From: Macrostomum lignano
Lineage: Eukaryota
Assembly: GCA_002269645.1 (NCBI GenBank)
Contig: NIVC01002865.1
Coordinates: 62,001 to 126,000, forward strand
DNA length: 64,000 nt
Reading direction: 5' to 3'
Part shown: in pieces, positions 12,201-23,938 of the stretch
How positions within the stretch are numbered: position 1 is the first letter of the stretch
Layout: every line of letters begins with the position of its first letter
Notes under the pieces: generated by a model
Databases searched by the model: none
Told to the model about the DNA's origin: nothing
The model's input: only the letters and a program-made list of their open reading frames with translations
Translations under genes and position numbers: made by a program

Positions 12201-15200
12201 ATAGAAGCGTCTTGTAAACAATTATAGAATCGTCATGTAAACAATCATAGAAGCGTCATGTAAAAAATCATAGAAGCGTCATGTAAAAAATCATAGAAGC
12301 GTCATGTAAACAATCATAGAAGCGTCATGTAAACAATCATAGAAGCGTCATGTAAAAAATCATAGAAGCGTCATGTAAACAATCATAGAAGCGTCATGTA
12401 AAAAATCATAGAAGCGTCATGTAAACAATCATAGAAGCGCATTGTAAAAAATCATAGAAGCGTCATGTAAAAAATCATAGAAGCGTCATGTAAAAAATCA
12501 TAGAAGCGTCATGTAAAAAATCATAGAAACGTCATGTAAACAATCATAGAAGCGTCATGTAAAAAATCATAAAAGCGTCATGTAAAAAATCATAGAAGCG
12601 TCATGTAAACAATCATAGAATCGTCATGTAAACAATCATAGAAGCGTCATGTAAACAATCATAGAAGCGTCATGTAAAAAATCATAGAAGCGTCATGGAA
12701 GAATAAAAGAAGCGTCATGTAAAAATCAAAAGAAGCGTCATGTCAGACATGAAAGAAGTGTAATGTAAAAATTAAATGAAGCTGTGCTGTGCTGGGGAGA
12801 CTTACTGAGATGTCAAGGCTCACGGAGAATAACTGAGATTACGGAGGGGGGGGGGGTTTCTGAGATGTCAAAGCAAAAGTCAGAAACTACTTCAAAGTAC
12901 ATGTACTTTACTCAATTTTTTTATTACATTCTTTGTTGGCTCGCCACGGGGGGGGGGCGCTGATAGAAGAAGAGTCATGTAAAAAAGAAAAGAGGCACTA
13001 TGTATACATAAAAGAAGATTCATGTCGAAGTTAAAAGATTCATTTGGGAATTGCTACGATGTCAAGGCTTGGAGGGAATCGCTATAGTGCTGTGATTCTT
13101 GAAGAAAGAATCACTAAATTGTCAAGGCTTAGGGGAGAAGAATTGCTGAGATTTCAAGGCTTTTATAGGTTGGGTTAAAGTTAGGTTTAGGTCAGGTTTG
13201 GGTTGAGGGTTAGATTTTAGCGGGTTTCAAAGTTAACAGGGGATTTTTCAGATATCAAGGTTTATGGGGGGGGGCATTGCTGACATTTCAAGGCTTATGG
13301 GGGGAATAGCTGAGATGTCAAGGCTAATGGGGGAATAAATGAGATGTCAAGGCTAAAGTCAGAAGCTACATGTAGTCTATTAAAAAGTTATTTTTCATTA
13401 TTTGTTGGCTCCTCACGGGAGGGATCGCTGATAAAAAAGTGTAATGTAAAAAATAAGAAGCTTCATGTCGAAAATAAGAGATTCATTTGGGAATCCCTAC
13501 GATGTCGAGGCTTGCAGGGAATCGCTATAATGCTGTAGTGCTATAATGACTGTTGGAGAGAATTACTGAAATGTCAATGCTTTAGGGTTAGGGTTAGGGT
13601 TAGGGTTAGGGTAAGGTTAGGGTTAGAAGTTTGACAGATTTTTTTTAGATTTCAAGGCTTATTGGGGGCATTGCTGAAATGTCAAGGGGGAAGTTGATAT
13701 GTTAAAGCTTGTGGGGGGGAATTACTGACATGTCAAGGCTTACAAGGGGCTTCTGATATATATTGCAAAAAGATTCTACATGTACTTTATTACAAAACTT
13801 GTACTGCATTTTTGGCTCCCCGACGCTAAGATACTAAGCTAAAAAATACTACTAGCGCTTTAGAAACTTATGCAGATGTCAGGCTGTAGGGTTAGTGTTC
13901 GGGTTGGTATTATGGTTTAGGTTTAGGGTTAGGTTCAGGGTTATTGCGTTAAGATTCGTGTTAGGGTTAGGGTTAGAGTAGTTTATAACTTTAGCTCATG
14001 TAGCTTATTAAAAATGTTTATCATGGAAGCATGATGCAAAAATAATGGAAGCGTCATGTAAAAATTATAGAAGCATCATGCAACAACCCATGGACAAAAT
14101 ATTGAATTTAGGGTTTTGGTTAGGGTTAGGGTTAGTGTTAAAAGTTTGACAGGAGATCTTTTAAGATTTCAAGGATACATTTAGCTTATTAAAAAACGTG
14201 TATTGCATTTCTTTGGCTCCCCAACGGGGGGCGTAGATTGCTAGTTAAACATCTGAAGATCAAATTAAACATCTGAAGATCGAATTAAACATCTGAAGAT
14301 CAAATTAAACATCTGAAGATCAAATTAAACATCTGAAGATCGAATTAAACATCTGAAGATCAATTTAACCATCTAAAACTCCACTGCTCTCCAGTCACGA
14401 CATCTAGCCATTCATCACAAACCTTCACAGACGCCCGGCAATACGTTTACCTGAGCTGCTCAGGCCTGTTGCACGTGTCAGACGATCCAGCAGCTTCCGC
14501 AGCTGAAGAGGCCGTCACCGATGACACTCAGACGGCGGCAGCGGCGGCGGACTGTCAAAAGGCAGCTTCGCTGCAGAACAGCAGCTGCCTGCTTCTTGTC
14601 TGTCGGCCAGCCCGGCCCCTGACGCCGTCGGCTCTGCCCGCCTCGGCGCGCAGCAGCCGCGACTGCCAGTTCGCCGCTCGACTCGGCTTGGACGCCTGTT
14701 TTACCTGGGTGGACCAGCGAGTCACCTCACTACTAGGTGAGTGGATTCACGTCAAACTACAGGTGTCTATTTCCCATGTGTCCTCAAACAGGTGTCTATT
14801 TTCCATGTGTCCTCAAACAGGTGTCCAACTTCCAGATGTCCTCAAACAGGTGTCTGTCTCCCAGTTGTCCTCAAACAGGTGTTCTCAAACAGGTATCTGT
14901 CTCCCATGTGTCCTCAAACAGGTGTCTATCTCCCAGTTGTCCTCAAACAGGTGTCTATCTCCCAGTTGTCCTCAGACAGGTGTCCAACTTCCAGATGTTC
15001 TCAAACAGGTGTCTATCTCCCAGTTGTCCTCAAACAGGTGTCTGTCTCCCAGGTGCTCTCAAACAGGTGTCTATCTCCCATGTGTCCTCAAACAGGTGTC
15101 TATCTCCCAGTTGTCCTCAAACAGGTGTCCAACTTCCAGGTGTCCTCAAACAGGTGTCTATCTCCCAGATGTCCTCAAACAGGTGTCTGTCTCCCAGGTG

Positions 15201-17063
15201 CTCTCAAACAGGTGTTTGTCTCCCAGGTGTCCTCTAACAGGCGTCTAACTTCAACTTTAACTTAAGCACAGTAGTTCTGTAATGTCTCAAGCACAGGTAT
15301 CTATGTTCTTAGTGTACGTCAGAAATGCGGTGGACTTTTTCAGTAACCCAGTCGTGATATTCATCGCACCCGCACTGAAGCATGGTAAAAAGTTTTCCAT
15401 TTCTTACCGAATTTCTTACTGCAAATCTTTTGCATCAGAAGCTGTTTTTCATAGCCCAAAGCAATCACTGTTTAGCCTAGGTATTTCCACCTGTGTTGAA
15501 TACTGTTTTGAATTAGTAAATACAGAATTTACGGTAAGGAGGGAGAGGATGTGTACATAGGAGTGGTCACAGTCGCGAAGGGCCCTAAGCTTTGGTTTCG
15601 GCGCCACCCGTAGCGCTGGTTTTGGCGCCAGCCGTAGCGCTGGTTTTGGCGCCACTCAATACTGGTTCTGGCTCCGCCCTTTGCGCTGGTTTTAGCGCCA
15701 CTCATAATACTGGTTCTGGCGCCTCATAATACTGGTTCTGGCGCCTCATAATACTGGTTCTGGCGCCACCCGTAGCGCTGGTTTTGGCACCAGCCTAGCG
15801 CTGATTTTAGCGTTTACTCATTGCAATGAAAAGCTCCAATATTTTTATTTATTTTCAAAACCGCAACTTAGGCCACCTGCCGCAGGACCTTCAGGGCAGC
15901 AGTCTGTACGACCTGGTGAGTCGCGACGATGTCAACAGGCTGTCCGTGGCGCACCGCTCCGCTCTGAAAGGCACCCGAAGCCGCCTGTCTTGCCGGCTGC
16001 TCTGCGCTTGGCAGGTGAGTCGAACAGACATCTGCTGGCGCTGCTCAGCGGGTGGCAATCTCTGCCCTCCCCTCCCCTCCCTCTCCTCTCCCCTCCCCTC
16101 TCCCCTCCTCTCCTCTCCCCTCCCTTCCTCTCCTCTCCCCTCCTCTCCTCTCCCCTCCTCTCGCCTCCTCTCCCCTCCTCTCCTCTCGCCTCCTCTCGCC
16201 TCCTCTCCCCTCCTCTCCTCTCCCCTCCTCTCCTCTCCTCTCCCCTCCTCTCCCTCCTCTCCCCTCCCTACCTCCCCTCTCCTCTCCTCTCCTCTCCTCT
16301 CCTCTCCTCTCCTCTCCCCTCCTCTCCCCTCCTCTCCCCTCCCTACCTCCCCTCTCCTCTCCTCTCCTCTCCTCTCCTCTCCTCTCCTCTCCTCTCCTCT
16401 CTCCTCTCCTCTCCTCTACCCTTCTCTCCTCTCCTTTCTCCAGACTTTTAAATTGTTACAAAGCCTGCTTTCGTGTTAATGAGGTGCTCTCTTGTGCTCA
16501 GGGGCGGCTATAAAAGATCTTAAATTGCTTCTCCGTTTTTCAAGGCTCCATCGGCGTCGGAATCTGTTTGCCAGCTCAGCCTCCTGTGCTTCATCAATCC
16601 GTTGACTGGCAAACCGGAACTGCTGAGCCTCACCTGCGATCTGCAGATTCTGCAGCAGCAGAAGCCGGGCAGCCAGCAACAGCTCAGCTTCCCCAGCTCA
16701 GCTCAAACTCCGGCAGACTCAGCGGCTGAGTCGCAGCAGCAGCCCGCAGGCCTGAGCGGCCCAGCTCAATTAGGCAAGAAAATCGCCGCGGATTTGATCG
16801 CCGCCGATTCTGCTGCGGCGACGCCGACGGCGAGGTCTGTCGACGAAGTTGTTGTCGGAGACGGCTCGATAGCTGAGACCGGCTGGCTCGCCCTCGGCCA
16901 GCTGGTTAGCAACGGTTGCCAGGGCGGTGGCTTTGGGCCCCCTAGCAAATTGTGCAGCAATACTGATGACATCTCGCTCGACGCAACCCGGATGAGCCTG
17001 CTGGGTGCGGATGGCGGCCTGGGCGACGAGCCCGACTATGCCAGCATGCTGTGGCCGCTCTAG
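239..17063 (+). CDS. bHLH-PAS transcription factor, class II (ARNT/BMAL1-cycle-like), 5'-partial; PAS-A, PAS-B and C-terminal tail
   Basis: Exons 239-346, 1027-1270, 14395-14736, 15872-16014 and 16545-17063 all have GT-AG borders with matching phases (0,1,1,0), giving 451 aa plus stop. Motifs: SLQGFLLVVECDRGRIL, DLIGQCLLDLVHPRDADLVRQEL, RRRFFCRFR, YVYLSCSGLL, QFAARLGLDACFTWVDQRVTSLLGHLPQDLQGSSLYDLVSRDD, CFINPLTGKPE. These parallel ARNT/BMAL1 PAS-A and PAS-B (e.g. FVFVDQRATAILAYLPQELLG, FMNPWTKE). The bHLH exon(s) lie upstream of the window. Confidence 0.85.
404..968. repeat. 70-bp tandem repeat, each unit carrying a GTCACGTGAC palindrome (CACGTG E-box) and a CCAAT motif
   Basis: CACGTG starts at 404, 475, 545, 615, 685, 755, 825, 895 and 962; central units are identical with period 70. 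Confidence 0.92.
1858..1928. repeat. 20-bp tandem repeat (GTGTCAGAAGTACCATAGTT)n
   Basis: About 3.5 visible copies. Confidence 0.75.
1961..2080 (+). repeat. Dispersed repeat copy; inverted homolog at 59133-59250
   Basis: GTACAGTATTGGCGCGCTTG...AATGGGCAGAATTGCCTCGGCGCTGGTTGTGGGACAATGTC...GGCGTTGCGCCAGGGTG aligns by eye with the reverse complement of 59133-59250. Confidence 0.75.
2575..3464. repeat. 20-bp minisatellite (CAAATTAAACATCTGAAGAT)n, left arm of the array split by the Helitron
   Basis: Period 20; more diverged at the 5' side and homogeneous near 3464; resumes at 14245. Confidence 0.92.
3612..12760. repeat. 23-bp satellite (ATCATAGAAGCGTCATGTAAA[A/C]A)n, about 9 kb, inside the Helitron
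   Basis: Period 23 (roughly 400 copies) with two dominant variants (GTAAAAAATC / GTAAACAATC) and more diverged units at both edges. Confidence 0.95.
12760..14244 (+). repeat. Four diverged ~400-470-bp subterminal units of the Helitron, each with a hairpin-like motif and a TTAGGG-like tract
   Basis: Anchor TACAT(G/T)TA at 12898, 13367, 13777 and 14176, each followed about 40 bp later by TGGCTC and a C/G-rich hairpin-like segment. TTAGGG-like runs near 13175-13215, 13582-13626, 13915-13980 and 14105-14135. Confidence 0.65.
14245..14362. repeat. 20-bp minisatellite, right arm of the array split by the Helitron
   Basis: Same unit and same CGAATTAAAC variant as 3240-3464. Confidence 0.9.
14755..15243. 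repeat. 29-bp minisatellite (AAACAGGTGTCTATCTCCCAGTTGTCCTC)n, intronic
   Basis: Period 29, starting just after the 14737 donor; it explains the three overlapping ORFs at 14469-15265. Confidence 0.88.
15590..15810. repeat. ~22-bp degenerate tandem repeat (CGTAGCGCTGGTTTTGGCGCCA-like)
   Basis: Repeated GCTGGTT(T/C)TGGCGCC core. Confidence 0.7.
16065..16440. repeat. (CCTCT)n pyrimidine microsatellite, intronic
   Basis: Directly visible. Confidence 0.95.
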
Positions 17064-17167
17064 CATGGAAGAGACTCTTATAATCAAATTATGAGATCTT
17101 ATAGCTGAGATCTTATAAGCTTTTTCTGTCGAAAATTTGTTGACGAGTCATTTTTGATGCGCATATA

Positions 17168-17730
17168 TTATTAATCACTCTCGTCGTTTACCTCATTCTC
17201 GTATTAAAAAATTGGAACTAATTAGGTGACGAAGGGTTATGGTAATCCAGAATGAACATAGTTACTCTAGCTGTTTACCTCCTTTTCATTAAAAAACCTT
17301 TAGCTGATTAGGTGACGAGGGATATTAGCAACATTATCGGGGCACAGTTACTCTCGCCGTTTACCTAGGTTCTCGCATTAAATGACTTGGAACTAATTAG
17401 GTGATGAGGGGTTATTACTAATTTACTCTAAGTATACTTACTTGTTTACCTAAATTTACTTTATAAAAAGCAAATTAGGTGACGAGGGAGTTTTGCGACC
17501 TTATCTAGGTGTAGTGACTCGCCGTTTACTTGCAAATATAGGTCACTAAAATTTACATAGGCATTCAATTAATAATGAAGACTATTCTTTTAATCATTGT
17601 ATTCATAGTTATGAGTGTACAAATATTTACTGACTAATCAGATGCCAAAAAGACTAATACTTGGCTTGAATTATTAGATAACGAGTCATTTGCCTATACA
17701 AATGCGTGCATAGTAGCTCCCGCCCTTTAC
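17168..17730. repeat. Degenerate ~80-90-bp array with alternating conserved motifs ATTAGGTGACGAG and CTCGCCGTTTACCT
   Basis: ATTAGGTGA(C/T)GA near 17221, 17308, 17396 and 17475, with GTTTACCT-type motifs between them and variable linkers. Confidence 0.6.
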
Positions 17731-18344
17731 CTATTCAATACTTGCGTCAAATTGTCATCAATAGTCATTGCACTTTTTTAAACACTTTGGTTACTATTTA
17801 ATTGAATTGCTTCCGCACAAAAATTGCATTCGTACACACGTATTTTAACGCTCCGTTGCAAAATCTAAAAGCAAAAACAGCGAAGTTGTATTATTGCAAA
17901 TCTAGAAATCTGTTATCAAATGTTTTTACCTAGAAATTTGTTTTTTATTTATTCCAATGCTCTCGATTGAGTGCAAATCATGCGATAAATGAGAATTGTT
18001 TATTTTTAAATTCGTTTTATTTCAATTAATAGTAGTGTACATATTATTTGTAACACATTTAGTTTAAATTGTGTGTCAAACAATAAATCGGTGAATGGTG
18101 TTTTTTTCAACAGTTAATGACATTAATAATTTATTATTTACATTGAAACTGTCTCTGCTGATTCTCACTTTCAAACTGTTTAAAATTGATACCAGCCTCT
18201 GAACAAACAGAAGCTGAATTGAGTGTCCGATTCAATGTCCTTGAATTATCAAATCGGTGTCCTTGGCTTCTTAAGTGGTTGTCCATGAACTCTTAAGTGA
18301 TGTCCCTAAATGGTTGTCCGGGAACTCTCAACGCGTGTCCACGG

Positions 18345-18790
18345 ATTGTTATATAGGTGTCCTTGAATTCTCATTTGGGTGTCCATGGATTGTTATATAG
18401 GTGTCCTTGAATTCTCATTTGGGTGTCCATGGATTGTTATATAGGTGTCCTTGAATTCTCATTTGGGTGTCCATGGATTGTTATATAGGTGTCCTTGAAT
18501 TCTCATTTGGGTGTCCACGGATTGTTATATAGGTGTCCTTGAATTCTCATTTGGGTGTCCACGGATTGTTATATAGGTGTCCTTGAATTCTCATTTGGGT
18601 GTCCACGGATTGTTATATAGGTGTCCTTGAATTCTCATTTGGGTGTCCACGGATTGTTATATAGGTGTCCTTGAATTCTCATTTGGGTGTCCATGGATTG
18701 TTATATAGGTGTCCTTGAATTCTCATTTGGGTGTCCACGGATTGTTAAATAGGTGTCCTTGAACTCTCAAGCGGGTGTCCATGGATTGTT
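18345..18790. repeat. 44-bp tandem repeat (GGATTGTTATATAGGTGTCCTTGAATTCTCATTTGGGTGTCCAY)n
   Basis: About 10 copies, period 44, built from two GTGTCC-containing halves. Confidence 0.9.
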
Positions 18791-19309
18791 AAATGGGGTC
18801 CATGAACTCTTAAGTGGGTTTCCACTGTCCATGAATTCTAAAATAGTTGTCAATGAATTGCTAATGGGTTTTCTTACACACAAATGGGTGTCCTTAAACT
18901 CAAGTGGATGTCCATGATTTGTAAAGTTGCTGTCCAATATTTTAGATTCAGTGTCTATGGATGCTGTCCATGGATTGCTTATCGTACGAGTGACATACGA
19001 TTTTTACCTTGCAGTATGTACCATCTCAACATATCGCAAGTAAATGTATAGCAGTTTAACAACGTCATATTCGACCTGCTTCTTAGGATAGGACTTTTAT
19101 CTGTGCATGTAAACGCGAGCGACTGTTGCGAACTTATTGTATTTCTATTTGATTTAAATTCGCTTACGGAAATTTACATTGTTTTCATAGCGTATCTTTT
19201 GCCTGAAATTCCCTCCAACTTGCAAGCCCGTGTTTACTTTGGTTGAATTTAAGCTGATTCGCTGGTTTGCTGCGTCTGTTACTCGTTTCTGTATGGTCTC
19301 TTAATGTCT

Positions 19310-19770
19310 GCTTTTCAGGTACTACTGCTGTGTCTACTTCTCAATGTCTGCTCTCTCCGTGTCTACTTCTCAATGCCTACTCTCTCTTGGAGTCTACTTC
19401 TCATTTCTTACTCTCTCTCCGTGTCAACTTCTAAATGCCTCTCTCTCTCTGTGTCTACTTGTGTCTACACAGAGACACTCTCTCTGTGTCTACTTCCCGA
19501 TGCCTACTCTCTCTGTGTCTACTTTTCAATACCTCTCTCTCCATGGTCTACTTCTCAATGTCTACTCTCTCTCTCTGTGTGTGTCTACTCCAGATCCTCA
19601 GTTGCTGGGCCAGCCTCCCAGATCCTCAGTTGCTGTGCCAGCCTCCCAGATTCTCAGCTGCTGTGCCAGCCTCCCAGATCCCTCAATGTCTACTCTCTCC
19701 GTGTCTACTTCTCAATGTCTACTCTCTTTGTGTCTACTTCTCAGTGCTTCTCTCTCCGTGTTTACATCAA
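19310..19770. repeat. Degenerate pyrimidine-rich repeat (GTCTACTTCTCAATGTCTACTCTCT-like)
   Basis: Recurrent GTCTACT core; source of spurious ORFs 19304-19872. Confidence 0.7.
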
Positions 19771-19981
19771 GGCATGACTTCCATCCGCAGTTTCTCAGCA
19801 ACTTCCTCTTTTGCAATGCGCAGCAGCCAGTGTCTATGTAAAAAAGCCAACAAAAGTTGCTTCAACGTTTGAGCCCACCTAGGCTAGCAATCCATTACAC
19901 GTCCTTCATCCATGGGCCCAAACCTTCGGAGGGAGGCATCAGACCGAAGCCGGAGGCCAGCCAAGACAACACAGCACACCC

Positions 19982-22433
<2,452 letters not shown>

Positions 22434-22829
22434 TATTGATTCCAAGCGGCTTTCATTTTTACAGTGCGGGATGGGATCGACTTGATGTTTATAACTGTAT
22501 AAAAATATAAACATTGCAGTCAGTTTTTGTCTAATTTTTTGCATTTCTTCTGTCTGCTCTAGAAAGGAGAATATTAAAAATTATGTACAATAGCTATATT
22601 CAAGATAACTCGTATGTATACATATACATTGCGTACCATGCACAAGCATTGATCATGCCTAATTGATACTGCTATTGTGCTATCATGTGTAGTAGGAAAA
22701 CCTAAACTTACATAAGAAATTAGAAGCTATTCTTATTTATATAGAACTGGGCTGACAAAACCTGAAAGTCTCTGAAAGGAGCGCCGTTCATTTGGTGACT
22801 GCTCTTAGCTAGGTAATGCTGGTGCGGGA

Positions 22830-23040
22830 AAGTCATGGAGTCACCCGGACAAGGCGTTTCTGGAAACGAAATTCGCTCCATTGTTCAGACAAGAGGTTGA
22901 TCTCCAGCGTAAGATGATCTTCATGCACAAAAATGCCCGCCTAAGCACCGGCTTGATCGAGAGTCTTGGACTCAAGAGCTGGCATCTTAATTATGGCCTG
23001 ATCGCCGAAGAAGAATCAATCAATAATGATCTAGCATCTG
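22830..23040 (+). pseudogene. Possible decayed Tc1/mariner transposase fragment
   Basis: Reads FLETKFAPLFRQEVDLQRKMIFMHKNARL, then a degraded WP..-like segment, resembling the region around the second catalytic Asp (IFMQDNAPSH). No intact ORF. Confidence 0.3.
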
Positions 23041-23386
23041 TGTGAAGTGCCCTATACAGTTCGAAAGGCTGAGATTTGCAGGAACTGAGAACAGATGCGC
23101 TAATTGCGGCATTCTTTCGTTTTACGATCACATAGCACTGTCCCTATGGGAGTCGGGACTTTCGTTATACGATCCCACATAGAAGACGAAAAAGTAAAGT
23201 TAAAATTGCTCCTAAAATCAAACTTCAAAATAGGACCACTTCTAAGCGTATTTTTATCGTAGTATCAAATCTTGCGTCTTGTAGAAACGCGTAGGTTATA
23301 TTCACTTTCGTCATACGATCATTTAAATAGTAAAATTATATGTAGGTGATCGCAAGACCAAACCGAACTCACTTTCGTCTTACGAA

Positions 23387-23687
23387 CACCCTACGATACA
23401 AAACATACGACCATTTAACTGGGGGGATCGTAAGACGAAAGTGAGGGGGCGCCCAGAATCGGTTCGCGGTTTTCGCGGCTTTTCCTATCATTTCGAAATG
23501 ATAGGAAAGTGTCAGTATAATCAACGCTTCAATTAAACAAACAATTTCAGCCTCTAAAATGTCCGTGAACCGAAAGACGCGAAGCCACCGAAAGCCGCAA
23601 AAACCGCGAACCGATTCTGGGCGCCCCTCTCACTTTCGTCTTACGATCCCCCCAGTTAAATGGACGTATGTTTTATATCGTGGGGTG
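23387..23687. mobile_element. MITE/foldback with ~95-bp terminal inverted repeats
   Basis: CACCCTACGATACAAAACATACG...GGCGCCCAGAATCGGTTCGCGGTTTT is mirrored by AAAACCGCGAACCGATTCTGGGCGCC...CGTATGTTTTATATCGTGGGGTG. No clear TSD. Confidence 0.75.
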
Positions 23688-23938
23688 ATATAAAATTTTT
23701 TATCCTTTTAAATTTTAGACTAAGAGGCACCTCTTTCCAGTTTTGAATGCTGGCCAACCGTTTGCAGAGTTTCCGAGTTTACCCGAAAAATACGATCAGA
23801 CGTAATCATAAGTAAACAGTCGCACGAATTTAGTATTGAAAACTCTAAGATTTTCACAAGACTCGATCGAATCTTTTAGCAATTAAGGACTTGTCTTGTC
23901 TTGACTTCAGAATTGTTCATATGATATACAAAGTAAAA

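Larger units (their letters stand above)
3465..14244 (+). mobile_element. Non-autonomous Helitron, about 10.8 kb, no Rep/helicase, satellite-filled
   Basis: 5' end TCCTATATACTAAAAATG followed by (CTTG)n. 3' end hairpin GCTCCCC-AAC-GGGGGGC (14216-14232), then 8 nt, then CTAG (14241-14244). Flanks CAAA|...|TTAAAC rejoin to a perfect host unit CAAATTAAAC, i.e. insertion between A and T with no TSD. Confidence 0.85.

Noticed and set aside
3612-12760. Possible CRISPR-like or information-encoding array (binary A/C variant string)
   Set aside because: There are no unique spacers and no cas genes, and the context is a eukaryotic intron. The variation is ordinary satellite turnover.
13582-13626. TTAGGG run as a true telomere or chromosome-fusion scar
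   Set aside because: Only about five perfect copies, with no head-to-head inversion, and similar tracts recur in each Helitron subterminal unit.
14469-16513. Several 150-260-aa repetitive ORFs
   Set aside because: They are read-through from real exons into the 29-bp and CCTCT intronic repeats.
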